A DNA stretch of 64,000 nt from sequence record DRR378314_107. One strand, written 5' to 3'. Under the pieces are notes generated by a model. That model made no database searches. It was not told the DNA's origin and saw only the letters and a list, made by a program, of their open reading frames with translations. Both the position numbers and the translations under genes were made by a program. Below are positions 20,208 through 30,090 of the stretch, one piece after another; the stretch's first letter is position 1, and each line of letters opens with the position of its first letter.

Positions 20208-20432
20208 CTATAACGTCAGTAGTAGTTCGGCCGCCACGGTGCCCAGGACCACCGTGGCCGGTCCAACGTAGCGTAACGGTACCACCGGGCGTTTACGGCC
20301 GGAACAGGGATTTTGCCGAAAAGCGCCTTTCGGGCCGCAGGCGCGGCGCCACGGGCAGGGCACCGCTGTCCCGAGGCGCGGGGGAGTCGACGGTAGTGGG
20401 GAACGACAGCGAACCGGTCGCCGGCGGGTCAA
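20208..20432 (-). pseudogene. Possible gene remnant or small ORF between the response regulator and kinase
   Basis: TTG overlaps the RR stop (TTGA); stop is 6 nt before the kinase ATG; hydrophobic C-terminus VVLGTVAAELLLTL. Confidence 0.25.
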
Positions 20433-21118
20433 TCGTCGATCGGTTCCAGGCGGTAACCGTGCTGGTAGACCGTCTTGATGCGGTAGCCCCGCTCGGGGCG
20501 GATCTGCAAACTACGACGAATGCGGCTGATGTGCACGTCCACGGTGCGGGATTCGATCGGGGTCATGATGCCCCAGACTTTCTCCAGCAGGTGGGCACGG
20601 GACATCAGCTTGCCGACGTTCTGAAACAGATAGCAAGCGAGCTCGTAATCCTTGTCGGTGAGCTTGACCGGCTCATCGTCCAGGGTAATCTGGCGGCGAC
20701 CACGATCGATCGTCCAGGGTCCCACGGTCATCATTCCTTGATCATCCATGTCAGCGACGCCCGCCCGGCGCCCGAGCGCGTTGAGACGGGCCAGCAATTC
20801 CGCTTGTTTCACAGGCTTAACCATATAGTCATCGGCACCCTGACTGAGTGCGCCGACGATCGACGACTCATCATCACGCTGGGTGGCGAACAGCACCGGC
20901 GTTTTATTGCCGCTGGCCCGCACCTCCCCGAGCACCGCGTAACCGCTCATGTCGGGGACTTCCCAGTCAAGCACCAGTAAATCGAAGGTGTCTCTGCGCA
21001 ACAGACTCATGAACTCCCGTCCGCTGGAGAGATGCATGCAGGTGTGCCCCGCCTCGCGTAGCCAGTGAGTGACCAGCTCGGCCTGGGCGTGATCGTCTTC
21101 TAAATAAGCAATGCGCAC
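20429..21118 (-). CDS. OmpR-family response regulator
   Basis: RIAYLEDD, LVLDWEVPD, GADDYMVKP, SRTVDVHISRIR, GYRL. GTG start with GGAG RBS. Confidence 0.92.
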   Translation of the reverse strand: MRIAYLEDDHAQAELVTHWLREAGHTCMHLSSGREFMSLLRRDTFDLLVLDWEVPDMSGYAVLGEVRASGNKTPVLFATQRDDESSIVGALSQGADDYMVKPVKQAELLARLNALGRRAGVADMDDQGMMTVGPWTIDRGRRQITLDDEPVKLTDKDYELACYLFQNVGKLMSRAHLLEKVWGIMTPIESRTVDVHISRIRRSLQIRPERGYRIKTVYQHGYRLEPIDD

Positions 21119-21209
21119 CGTTTCTACTCCATCCAATACCGCTGAAGCGTACCCAATCCATCATCGGATCGCGGGAAAAGATTGTAAAATGCCCGGCGGC
21201 GCGGCGCCG

Positions 21210-21539
21210 TCAACCGCCCTGCGTGGAAAGCTTCAACCCCACCACGCCGACGATGATCAGAGCCAGAAAGCCCAACCGCGCGGTACCCAGCGGATCCTGG
21301 AAAAACACCACCCCCAGCAGGGTAATGCCGACCGCCCCGAGCCCGGTCCAGACCGCGTAGGCGGTGCCCACCGGGATGCCCCGCATGGCGAACGACAGCG
21401 CCAGCATATTGAGCGCCGTGAGCACCAGCGACGTGCTGATCGACGCCACCCCCGGCTGCATCTGTATCCACTTCAGGCTCATCGCCCAGGCGATTTCCAC
21501 CACCACCGCCGCCAGCAAAACCCACCAATATGGATTCAT
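21210..21539 (-). CDS. sugE: SMR-family transporter (SugE/Gdx-like)
   Basis: 109 aa with 4 TM helices; VEIAWA (conserved Glu), GTAYAVWTGLG, GVVGLKL. Confidence 0.78.
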   Translation of the reverse strand: MNPYWWVLLAAVVVEIAWAMSLKWIQMQPGVASISTSLVLTALNMLALSFAMRGIPVGTAYAVWTGLGAVGITLLGVVFFQDPLGTARLGFLALIIVGVVGLKLSTQGG

Positions 21540-21650
21540 GTCTCGAACTCCCGGGAAAAACGGGCTCGTGTAGCGGACGGACCTGCCGGAAACCCGTAAG
21601 AGACAGGACCATCAGCCGCCCGACCGGAACGAAGCGGCGGCGGCATTATA
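21540..21650 (-). promoter_or_regulatory. -10 box (TATAAT, 21645-21650) and ~100-nt structured leader of the SMR gene; candidate riboswitch
   Basis: Leader carries GGGTTTCCG..GGTCCG..TACACG..CCCGGGAG and two interleaved stems. Confidence 0.4.
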
Positions 21651-21697
21651 CGCAGCTGACAGGGTCAGGCCCACCGGGCCGAAGGCCGCGCGGAGCA

Positions 21698-21734
21698 TGG
21701 ACGCCGCCCACCCAAACGGCTATCATGCGCGTCC
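21698..21734 (+). promoter_or_regulatory. sigma70 stable-RNA promoter for the tRNA
   Basis: TGGACG-N17-TATCAT followed by GC-rich discriminator GCGCGTCC. Confidence 0.6.
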
Positions 21735-21793
21735 TGAATCGGCACCCCGCCCACTAAAGGCGCCGCCGGACAGGTTTTGTGACAACAAGTTTT

Positions 21794-21870
21794 GCGCCCG
21801 TAGCTCAGCTGGATAGAGCGTTGCCCTCCGGAGGCAAAGGTCAGAGGTTCGAATCCTCTCGGGCGTGCCA
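21794..21870 (+). tRNA. tRNA-Arg(CCG)
   Basis: Cloverleaf: acceptor GCGCCCG/CGGGCGT, D-arm GCTC/GAGC, anticodon arm TTGCC-CTCCGGA-GGCAA, T-loop TTCGAAT, encoded CCA. Confidence 0.97.
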
Positions 21871-22050
21871 AATAAAAAGGCCCACCCCCGCGAAGGGGGT
21901 GGGCCTTTTTATTTGGCACGCCCGTCGGATCGACCTCTCCAGGTTCGACCAACTCGCTTTACAAGCGAGTTGGCGACGAGCGGCCAAAGGCCGCGAAGCC
22001 CCGCAGGGGTCGAAACGGCCAAAAGCCGTTTCGATCAATCCTCACGGAAA
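21860..22050. repeat. tRNA-linked palindromic element, including a terminator-like hairpin
   Basis: 30-bp-arm inverted repeat 21860-21924 that includes the tRNA 3' end; further hairpins at 21949-21973, 21980-21994, 21999-22009 and 22010-22034; AATCCTCACGG (22037) resembles the tRNA's AATCCTCTCGG. Confidence 0.7.
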
Positions 22051-22150
22051 CGCCCCAAAACACATCCGCAAACACTCCGCCCCCTCACCTGATCCTCAAT
22101 ATCTGCAACAATGAAACCCACCTGACCCGATCCCAGCAAAAGGCAGCCCC

Positions 22151-23596
<1,446 letters not shown>

Positions 23597-23665
23597 CCGC
23601 CCCCCGGCAAGTCCCTGCATCAGCCACCATGAATAATCAGACACTCAATAACATCGGGAGAGACC

Positions 23666-24541
23666 ATGGAAACGCCTTCTTTTAATACTCTGGAGATCAC
23701 CGTCGATGACGGCATCGCCACCATCTATCTGAACCGCCCGGATCGCATGAACGCCTTTACCCGGGAAATGAAGGACGAGCTGCTCGCCGCCTTTGATTAC
23801 ACCGATTCCGACGACGCGGTGCGCGCGGTGATCGTCACCGGCAACGGCCGCGCCTTCTGCGCCGGCGCCGACCTGTCCTCCGGCGGCGACACCTTCGATT
23901 ACAAGAAGCGCGGCGGCGAAGGCGCCAACCCGGACGACGCCCACCGCGACGGCGGCGGCCAGGTGGCCCTGCGCATCCACCGCAGCCTCAAGCCGGTGAT
24001 CGGCGCGATCAACGGCGCCGCCGTGGGCGTCGGCGTCACCATGCAGTTGCCCATGGACGTGCGCATGGCTTCCGAGAACGCCAAGTTCGGCTTCGTGTTC
24101 TCGCGCCGGGGCATCGTCAATGAAGCGGCGTCATCCTGGTTTCTGAGCCGGGTGGTGGGCATCTCCTCGGCGCTGGAGTGGTGCTTCTCCGGGCGCGTGT
24201 TCAGCGCGGCGGAAGCCAAGGAGCGTGGGCTGGTGCGCTCGGTGCACGCACCGGACGAACTCTACCCGGCGGCGCTGGCACTAGCGAAGGAGTTCGCCGA
24301 CCAGACCGCGCCGGTGTCGGTGGCGATGATCCGTCAGATGATCTGGCGCATGGCCGGTGCCGAGCACCCCATGGAAGCGCACAAACTCGACAGCCGGGCG
24401 ATGAAGTCACGGGGTGGATCCGCTGATGTGCGCGAAGGCGTGGAGTCGTTTCTGCAGAAAAGAGCCGCCGTCTTCCCCGACAAGGTGTCCGAGGACCTGC
24501 CCGATTTCTTCGACTGGCGGGGCGAGCCGCCTTTCGAGTAA
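23666..24541 (+). CDS. Crotonase/enoyl-CoA hydratase family protein
   Basis: LNRPDRMNA, GRAFCAGADL, KPVIGAINGAAVG. Confidence 0.9.
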   Translation: METPSFNTLEITVDDGIATIYLNRPDRMNAFTREMKDELLAAFDYTDSDDAVRAVIVTGNGRAFCAGADLSSGGDTFDYKKRGGEGANPDDAHRDGGGQVALRIHRSLKPVIGAINGAAVGVGVTMQLPMDVRMASENAKFGFVFSRRGIVNEAASSWFLSRVVGISSALEWCFSGRVFSAAEAKERGLVRSVHAPDELYPAALALAKEFADQTAPVSVAMIRQMIWRMAGAEHPMEAHKLDSRAMKSRGGSADVREGVESFLQKRAAVFPDKVSEDLPDFFDWRGEPPFE

Positions 24542-24753
24542 GGCGGCACCCGGCCGGGGCGGCGCGCAGGGACATATCTTGCAACACTTTCGACTTGCCA
24601 GAGAAAGTGTGTCCGCCCCCGGCCAACCCCCTTCGATATTAGTGAACACTTGTTCCTTTTCTGGAAAATGGAACAGCGGGCTGTGACCTGTTCCATTTTT
24701 CGAAAACGCGGATGCCGCTACTATTAAAGATTCAGGCGCCCGGAACACCCCGT

Positions 24754-24883
24754 ACATACCGACCGGTATTTTTGTTTACATTAAAAAGTCAGGGCGGCCC
24801 GTCCTTTAATTTACCAGTGTTCACATTGCCGTCCGGATTTGTCCTCCGGCTCTGAAAATAAACCACATACCAAAGGGTATTTT
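24754..24883. promoter_or_regulatory. Two copies of palindromic operator-like ACATACC-N4-GGTATTTT
   Basis: ACATACCGACCGGTATTTT at 24754 and ACATACCAAAGGGTATTTT at 24865, 111 bp apart, in an AT-rich 580-bp intergenic region. Confidence 0.55.
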
Positions 24884-25121
24884 GGCGTTTTACAGTATTG
24901 CGTCTGTGACAAGAGGGGTTCTAAGATAGTTCGTGACAACCGGGTGAACAGCTGATTTTTCAGGTATTCGCCGAAAGTCTAGTGGACTCTTTCTTCGTAA
25001 AGGTGTCCGCTCGGGAGACGATGCCCTGGGAAGGGCATATAAGAGGGTTTCGAGGCCGGCGCTGGATAACCGGATAAGCCCTCAAATACCAATAAACTTC
25101 GAAGAAAACAGGACAAAAACA

Positions 25122-26513
25122 ATGGCACTTAAGTGGACCAATAAAGCTCAGGGGGCGCTGAACAGCAGTGCCGACCGCAAACTCCGCATCTCTTCACTGA
25201 CCAAAGCAATCGGCCTGGCCTCCGTATTCGGCGCCACCACCGCGCTGTCCCCCGCTGCCCAGGCACTGAAAACCGACTTCGGCGTTGAATACCGCGCCAC
25301 CGGTTTTTACGTACAATCCGACGCTCTGGATCCGGGCGCCGGCTCCGACGCCTCCGATGCCGACAACGGCATGGCCCACCTGATCCGGGTCAAGTCCGAC
25401 TTCCTCGATGAAGACACCGGCATTTCCGTCCACACCAGCCTGGAACTGGCCGGTGACCGCTGGTCCGGTGATGGCCGCACCTACAACACCACCAGCCCAC
25501 AGGCTTTCAACCCGGGCAACAACGGCGACAACGTCCGTCTGGATTTGGGCTATCTGCAGATTCCCATGGGCCACACGGTCTTGCGCGTAGGTCGGCAGGC
25601 AACCAGCTATAACAGCTGCTTCCTGGTCTGTGACGACCGCCGCGATCGCCTGTTGATGATTCAGCCCTTCAGCAAAGAGTTCCAGGTTATCGCCATCTAT
25701 GACCGTCGCCAGGACACCACCGGCTTCGATAACTCCGACAACGGCGACCAGTACGGTCTGGCCGCGGTAAGCAAGTTCGGCGGTATCGACGCCAGCCTGC
25801 TGCTTCTCCATTACGGCAAGAACGACTCCGGCGTTACCGACGGTAATGAATATGCCCTGCAGGCCAACAACGCCGTTTCCGGTTACGTAGGCGGCGGTAT
25901 CGGTGAGCTGGCCGAGCTGACCGTGGGCTTTAACCTGTTCATGGACGGTGAACTGCAAACCGCCGATCCCAGCAACGGGCAGTTCTTCACCGACGAATCC
26001 CTGTCTCAGTTCGTGCGGTTGGAAGGTAGCGCGGGCATCGTGGACTGGGGCCTGCAGTTCGCCGGCGCTCAAGACGGCGGCCTGATCTCCAGCGGCTTCG
26101 ATACCTACTCCAGCCTGATCAACAGCAACCCGGAATCCACCGCCAGCGCCACCAGCGTTTACAACATGGGCCAGACGTTCGGTGTGGAAGACCTGGATCA
26201 GCAGATCATCGCGGGTAAAGCGACCTTCAATCTGACCCCGAAGTTCGCCATCACCGGCGCCGTGGGCCAACTGGATGTGGATAACCCCCTCATTCCGGGT
26301 GGCGGCGCTGACGACTCCAGCATGTTCTACGATCTGGAGCTGAGCTACCAGGTGAACAAATCACTGCGCACCTGGTTCACCTACGGCGTTCTCGAAGAAA
26401 ACGAAGCCGTCACCCTGAGCAGCAACTCCCTGCTCGGCCCGATCGCGGGTGGTGGCAGCATCGCTGATGACGACGTACAAGCGGCCAGCCTGAACCTGGC
26501 TGTGAGCTTCTAA
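25122..26513 (+). CDS. Putative outer-membrane beta-barrel (porin-like) protein
   Basis: Long signal peptide ending AQA; alternating beta-strand pattern; C-terminal LNLAVSF. Confidence 0.72.
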   Translation: MALKWTNKAQGALNSSADRKLRISSLTKAIGLASVFGATTALSPAAQALKTDFGVEYRATGFYVQSDALDPGAGSDASDADNGMAHLIRVKSDFLDEDTGISVHTSLELAGDRWSGDGRTYNTTSPQAFNPGNNGDNVRLDLGYLQIPMGHTVLRVGRQATSYNSCFLVCDDRRDRLLMIQPFSKEFQVIAIYDRRQDTTGFDNSDNGDQYGLAAVSKFGGIDASLLLLHYGKNDSGVTDGNEYALQANNAVSGYVGGGIGELAELTVGFNLFMDGELQTADPSNGQFFTDESLSQFVRLEGSAGIVDWGLQFAGAQDGGLISSGFDTYSSLINSNPESTASATSVYNMGQTFGVEDLDQQIIAGKATFNLTPKFAITGAVGQLDVDNPLIPGGGADDSSMFYDLELSYQVNKSLRTWFTYGVLEENEAVTLSSNSLLGPIAGGGSIADDDVQAASLNLAVSF

Positions 26514-26554
26514 GCAACAGGTCCACTTAGTACCACTTAGTGTGTACCACTTCG

Positions 26555-26594
26555 GAACCGGGACAGTGCAAGCTGCCCCGGTTTCGTCGTTTTT
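26555..26594 (+). terminator. Intrinsic terminator after the beta-barrel gene
   Basis: GAACCGGGACAG/CTGCCCCGGTTT stem followed by a T-rich tail. Confidence 0.6.
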
Positions 26595-26676
26595 AAAAGC
26601 CTGAAACGGCGCTGGACAAGCCCACCGAGGGTTGCGCACACTCTTTCTTCATTGTTACGTATCCGGAACCACCGCC

Positions 26677-27564
26677 ATGACTCACATCATTCCCCGGCGC
26701 GTGCTGATCGCCGCGCTGATCGCCGGCCCGCTGGCCGTCGGCACCCTGGCCGGCTGTGCCACCCAGGGCATGACCACCGAAGACACCACCGCCCTGGTGG
26801 ACTCGGAGGCCGCGTTCGATAACGATAAACCCAACTGGCAAACCCCGTTCTGGGAGCGCTGGGCCGAGAACGCCAGCGCCGGCAAATCGGAGCGCCCCGA
26901 CACCGCCGACGGCGAAGCGCCGCTGGCCAATATCGGCCTGGTGCTGTCGCCCTCCATCAGCGACGGCGAAGCCCTGATCAGCACGCTTTACAGCGACGCC
27001 TCCGAACAGGGGCTGCGCCCGCTGCCCGGCGGCCTGGTCGCCGAGACCCTGGACAGCGCCGCGCCCTGTCAGCAGGACACGGCCGCGGAAGCGTGCCTGG
27101 CCAGCCTGGCGGCTTATCCCGGGGTTCGCATGCTGGTGGAAGTATCGCCGGCACAGGACGGTAACGGGCTTAGCGCCGAGCTGCACGATACCAGCCTCAA
27201 TGCCCACTACCGCATCGACCGCTTCGCCAACAGTGAAGCCGGTGCCGACGCGCTCATGGACGAGATCAACCGGCGCGTGGCCATGGCCCCCTGGTCCAGT
27301 CGCGTCTTCCAGGGCGAGGACGGCGGCCTGTATATCAGTGCCAGCCGCGTTAACGGTCTGAATCAGGGCCAGCGGCTGGACGTGCGGGAGCCGGGCAAGG
27401 CGGTACGCGCGCCCTCCGGCCAGGTGGTGGCGTTCCGCCCCGGGCAAAGCGTGGGGCGGGTGGAAATCGTGGAGTTCGTCGGCGACTACCTGGCGGTGGT
27501 GAAGACGGTGTCCGGCCAGACGCCGGACGACCGTCATTGGATCACGCTGCCCGCCAGTCAGTAG
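26677..27564 (+). CDS. Lipoprotein of unknown function; C-terminal beta domain reminiscent of FlgT-C/CsgG-associated proteins
   Basis: Lipobox LAGC; LYISASRVNGLNQGQRLDV...VGRVEIVE. Confidence 0.65.
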   Translation: MTHIIPRRVLIAALIAGPLAVGTLAGCATQGMTTEDTTALVDSEAAFDNDKPNWQTPFWERWAENASAGKSERPDTADGEAPLANIGLVLSPSISDGEALISTLYSDASEQGLRPLPGGLVAETLDSAAPCQQDTAAEACLASLAAYPGVRMLVEVSPAQDGNGLSAELHDTSLNAHYRIDRFANSEAGADALMDEINRRVAMAPWSSRVFQGEDGGLYISASRVNGLNQGQRLDVREPGKAVRAPSGQVVAFRPGQSVGRVEIVEFVGDYLAVVKTVSGQTPDDRHWITLPASQ

Positions 27565-27576
27565 CAGGCACGAAGG

Positions 27577-29214
27577 TCAGCGCCGGGGCAGGCGGTACAG
27601 CCCGGCGTCGCGGTCGGCGGTGAAAAACAGATCCCCGTTGGCCGCTTCCACCACGTCGTTGAACACCCCGGTGGGCGGCAGCCCCTCCAGCGCCGGCAGC
27701 CCCACGGGCAGATCCTCGGCCAGCGTGCGGGTGGCGCCGTCCACCGGATCAACCTCCAGCAAGCGCTGCTTGCCCACTTCCATCACCAGCAGCTTACCGG
27801 CCGCGCTGACGCTGATGCCTTCCGGCATCGCCAGGCCGTCACGGACCCGCCGCTTGGACCAGTCCGCCGGGTTCACCGCCCACACCGAACCGCCCGCCGT
27901 GGTCACGAACAGGGTTGAGCGGTCCGCGTTGAACGCCATGCCCGCCGGACCGGCCAGTGCCACCACCACCGCTTCCCGCTGCTCGCCCTGCTCACCGCTG
28001 ACACGCAGCAGACGGCCGGTGGCCAGCTCCGCCACCAGCAGGCTGCCATCGGCCAGCTGCACGGCGTCGTGGGGCGCCTGGAAGTCGTGGAAACCGTGGG
28101 TCATTTCACCGCTGGCGCGGTCGAACACCTGCATCGTGCCGGTGGCCCAGCTGGTCAGCACCACCACGTGCTCGTCCGCCCAGGCGTTGAGCGGGTACTC
28201 CAGATGGGACGCCCACATGCGGCCCACTTCGCGGATGTCGCCGCTGCCGGTGTCCATCACCCGGTAGGCGAAAGTGTCGGCGATATGCAGCTGGTCGCCG
28301 ACCATCGCCAGCCCGGAGGGCGCGGCCAGACGGGTGCGCACCAGGTCGCGAACCCGGCCGTCGGCCAGATCCACTTCCTGGATGCTGTTATCGGCCATGT
28401 TGGAGACATAAAGCAGGCCGGCCTGCTTATCGATGGCGAGGTTGTCCAGCGACGGCTTGAGCCTGGCCACCCGGACCTTTTCAGCGGTACCCGGTTGCAG
28501 GCGCAGCAGTTCGCCGGTGGCGCTGTCGACCACATACAGGCGCCCCTGGCCGTCGAAGTTCACCGCCGCCGGTATCCGGAAGCCGTCGGCGACGGTGTCC
28601 ATCTCGCCGCTCTCCACATTGACGCGCACCACCTCGCCCTTGAACCAGAGCGGGCCGTACAGGTGGCCGTCGGGGCCGAACTCGAAGCCATTGAGGCCGC
28701 CCATGCCTTCGATGATCTTGCGCGGCGGCTGTTCACCGCTGCGGTCGATTTCGTAAAGCGCGTCGCCCATGAACACCTGGGTGGCGAACAGACGACCGTC
28801 CTCGGTATAGGCGAGGGAATTCAGGCCGGGCAGGCCGCTGGCCACGGTACGAATCTCACCGGCCGCGTTACGGATGCGCAGCTCGCCGACCAGATAGGCG
28901 GTCCAGGCGACTTCGCCGTCCGGCCCGAACGCCACGTCATCGGCCATGCCCGCCGGCGGCCCCACGAACGGGCGGACCGCGCCGCTCTCCCGGTCCACCA
29001 GGGACAAGGACTGCCCCACCACGCTGCCGGCCAGCAGCCGGCCCCGGGGGTCGATGCCCAGGCCGTGCACGCCCAGGTAGGGCAACGGCCCCTCGACGAC
29101 GGCCGGTTCACCGTATTCCGCTTGCGGCGGCGGCGGTGGCGTGGTGTTGCAGGCGGCGGCGCCCAGCAGCAACGCGCTCAGCGACAGCCAGCGGTATGTT
29201 CTGAGATGATCCAT
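27577..29214 (-). CDS. Beta-propeller lipoprotein (SMP-30/gluconolactonase/NHL-like)
   Basis: Lipobox AAAC; repeated blades NGFEFGPDGHLY, PAAVNFDGQGRLYV, PEGISVS. Confidence 0.8.
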   Translation of the reverse strand: MDHLRTYRWLSLSALLLGAAACNTTPPPPPQAEYGEPAVVEGPLPYLGVHGLGIDPRGRLLAGSVVGQSLSLVDRESGAVRPFVGPPAGMADDVAFGPDGEVAWTAYLVGELRIRNAAGEIRTVASGLPGLNSLAYTEDGRLFATQVFMGDALYEIDRSGEQPPRKIIEGMGGLNGFEFGPDGHLYGPLWFKGEVVRVNVESGEMDTVADGFRIPAAVNFDGQGRLYVVDSATGELLRLQPGTAEKVRVARLKPSLDNLAIDKQAGLLYVSNMADNSIQEVDLADGRVRDLVRTRLAAPSGLAMVGDQLHIADTFAYRVMDTGSGDIREVGRMWASHLEYPLNAWADEHVVVLTSWATGTMQVFDRASGEMTHGFHDFQAPHDAVQLADGSLLVAELATGRLLRVSGEQGEQREAVVVALAGPAGMAFNADRSTLFVTTAGGSVWAVNPADWSKRRVRDGLAMPEGISVSAAGKLLVMEVGKQRLLEVDPVDGATRTLAEDLPVGLPALEGLPPTGVFNDVVEAANGDLFFTADRDAGLYRLPRR

Positions 29215-29254
29215 GTACGCTCTCCCTGGTTGTTATCGATGTTGTCGATCCAGA

Positions 29255-29962
29255 TTAGCGCAGCGCATCCAGGCGGGCGAGCCATCGTTGGCCGCGGTTG
29301 GACGCCAGCCCGTCCGCCCAGCGGGTGGTCTCGGGAAGCCGATAACGGGTGGTGCAGGCCATCACCAGTTCCAGCGCCGTGGCCAGATCGGTGCGATGGC
29401 CCGGGGACACGATCAGCGGCCGGGTGCCGACTCGGGTGCGCAGCACCGCGCCCAGGGTGTCGCCGGCGCGGTCCAGCAACGGCGTCCATTCACCACGCCC
29501 CTCCGGCACCTCGCCGTGGCGGCCGGTGAGCCGCTTCTTGGCGACCCCCACCGCGGGCAGCCCGGTCAGCACACCAAGATGCGCGGCGATACCCAGCCGG
29601 CGCGGGTGGGCGATGCCGTGGCCATCGCACAGCAGCACATCCGGCGCCACGCGAAGCTGTTCCAGGGCGTGCAGGATCACCGGACACTCACGAAAAGAGA
29701 GCAACCCGGGCACGTACGGAAAGGCCACCGGAAGCCGGGCCAGCGCGTAATCGAGCGGCTCCAGGGTACGGTAATCCAGCACCACCACCGCCGCCCTGGC
29801 GGTGTCCCGGTTCTCGAAGCCGACATCCACGCCCGCCACCGTGCGCACCGGCGGCAAGTCGTCGCTCAGCCTGACCTGGTTCGCGGTGTCCCGCTGTATG
29901 CGCCGGGCCCGCGACGCGTCCATGTCGGCCCACTCCTGCTGCAACCGTTCGGCACTGATCAT
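29255..29962 (-). CDS. nfi: Endonuclease V
   Basis: VAGVDVGF, FPYVPGLLSFRE, CDGHGIAHPRRLGIA, GVAK, VSPGH, RLPETTR. Confidence 0.95.
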   Translation of the reverse strand: MISAERLQQEWADMDASRARRIQRDTANQVRLSDDLPPVRTVAGVDVGFENRDTARAAVVVLDYRTLEPLDYALARLPVAFPYVPGLLSFRECPVILHALEQLRVAPDVLLCDGHGIAHPRRLGIAAHLGVLTGLPAVGVAKKRLTGRHGEVPEGRGEWTPLLDRAGDTLGAVLRTRVGTRPLIVSPGHRTDLATALELVMACTTRYRLPETTRWADGLASNRGQRWLARLDALR

Positions 29963-30004
29963 CCATTGCTCCCGCCGTGCTACCAAGGAGCACCATGCTA
30001 GAAC

Positions 30005-30032
30005 AAAAAAAGCCGGCATGGGGAATGCCGGC
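30005..30032 (-). terminator. Intrinsic terminator at the end of the TAXI-porin operon
   Basis: GCCGGCAT/ATGCCGGC stem with T7 on the minus strand. Confidence 0.8.
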
Positions 30033-30090
30033 ATAAAGGGAGCGGACTGATGGGACCGAACGATCAGCCGCACCGTGGATATCGTGACGG

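Noticed and set aside
17676-20213. Very long antisense ORFs (also 9434-11368, 34444-35976, 46410-48686, 48761-50479, 55582-57135, 58921-60210)
   Set aside because: They are shadows of real genes on the opposite strand caused by high-GC codon bias, with no recognisable motifs.
21540-21650. Canonical mini-ykkC, ykkC-III or fluoride riboswitch
   Set aside because: No twin ACGR-loop hairpins. GCTGATGGTCCT resembles the fluoride aptamer 3' end, but the 5' GGnGATGG stem is absent. Kept only as a variant candidate.
21794-22150. Integrative element or prophage at tRNA-Arg
   Set aside because: No integrase and no distal full att repeat seen; pyk follows directly.
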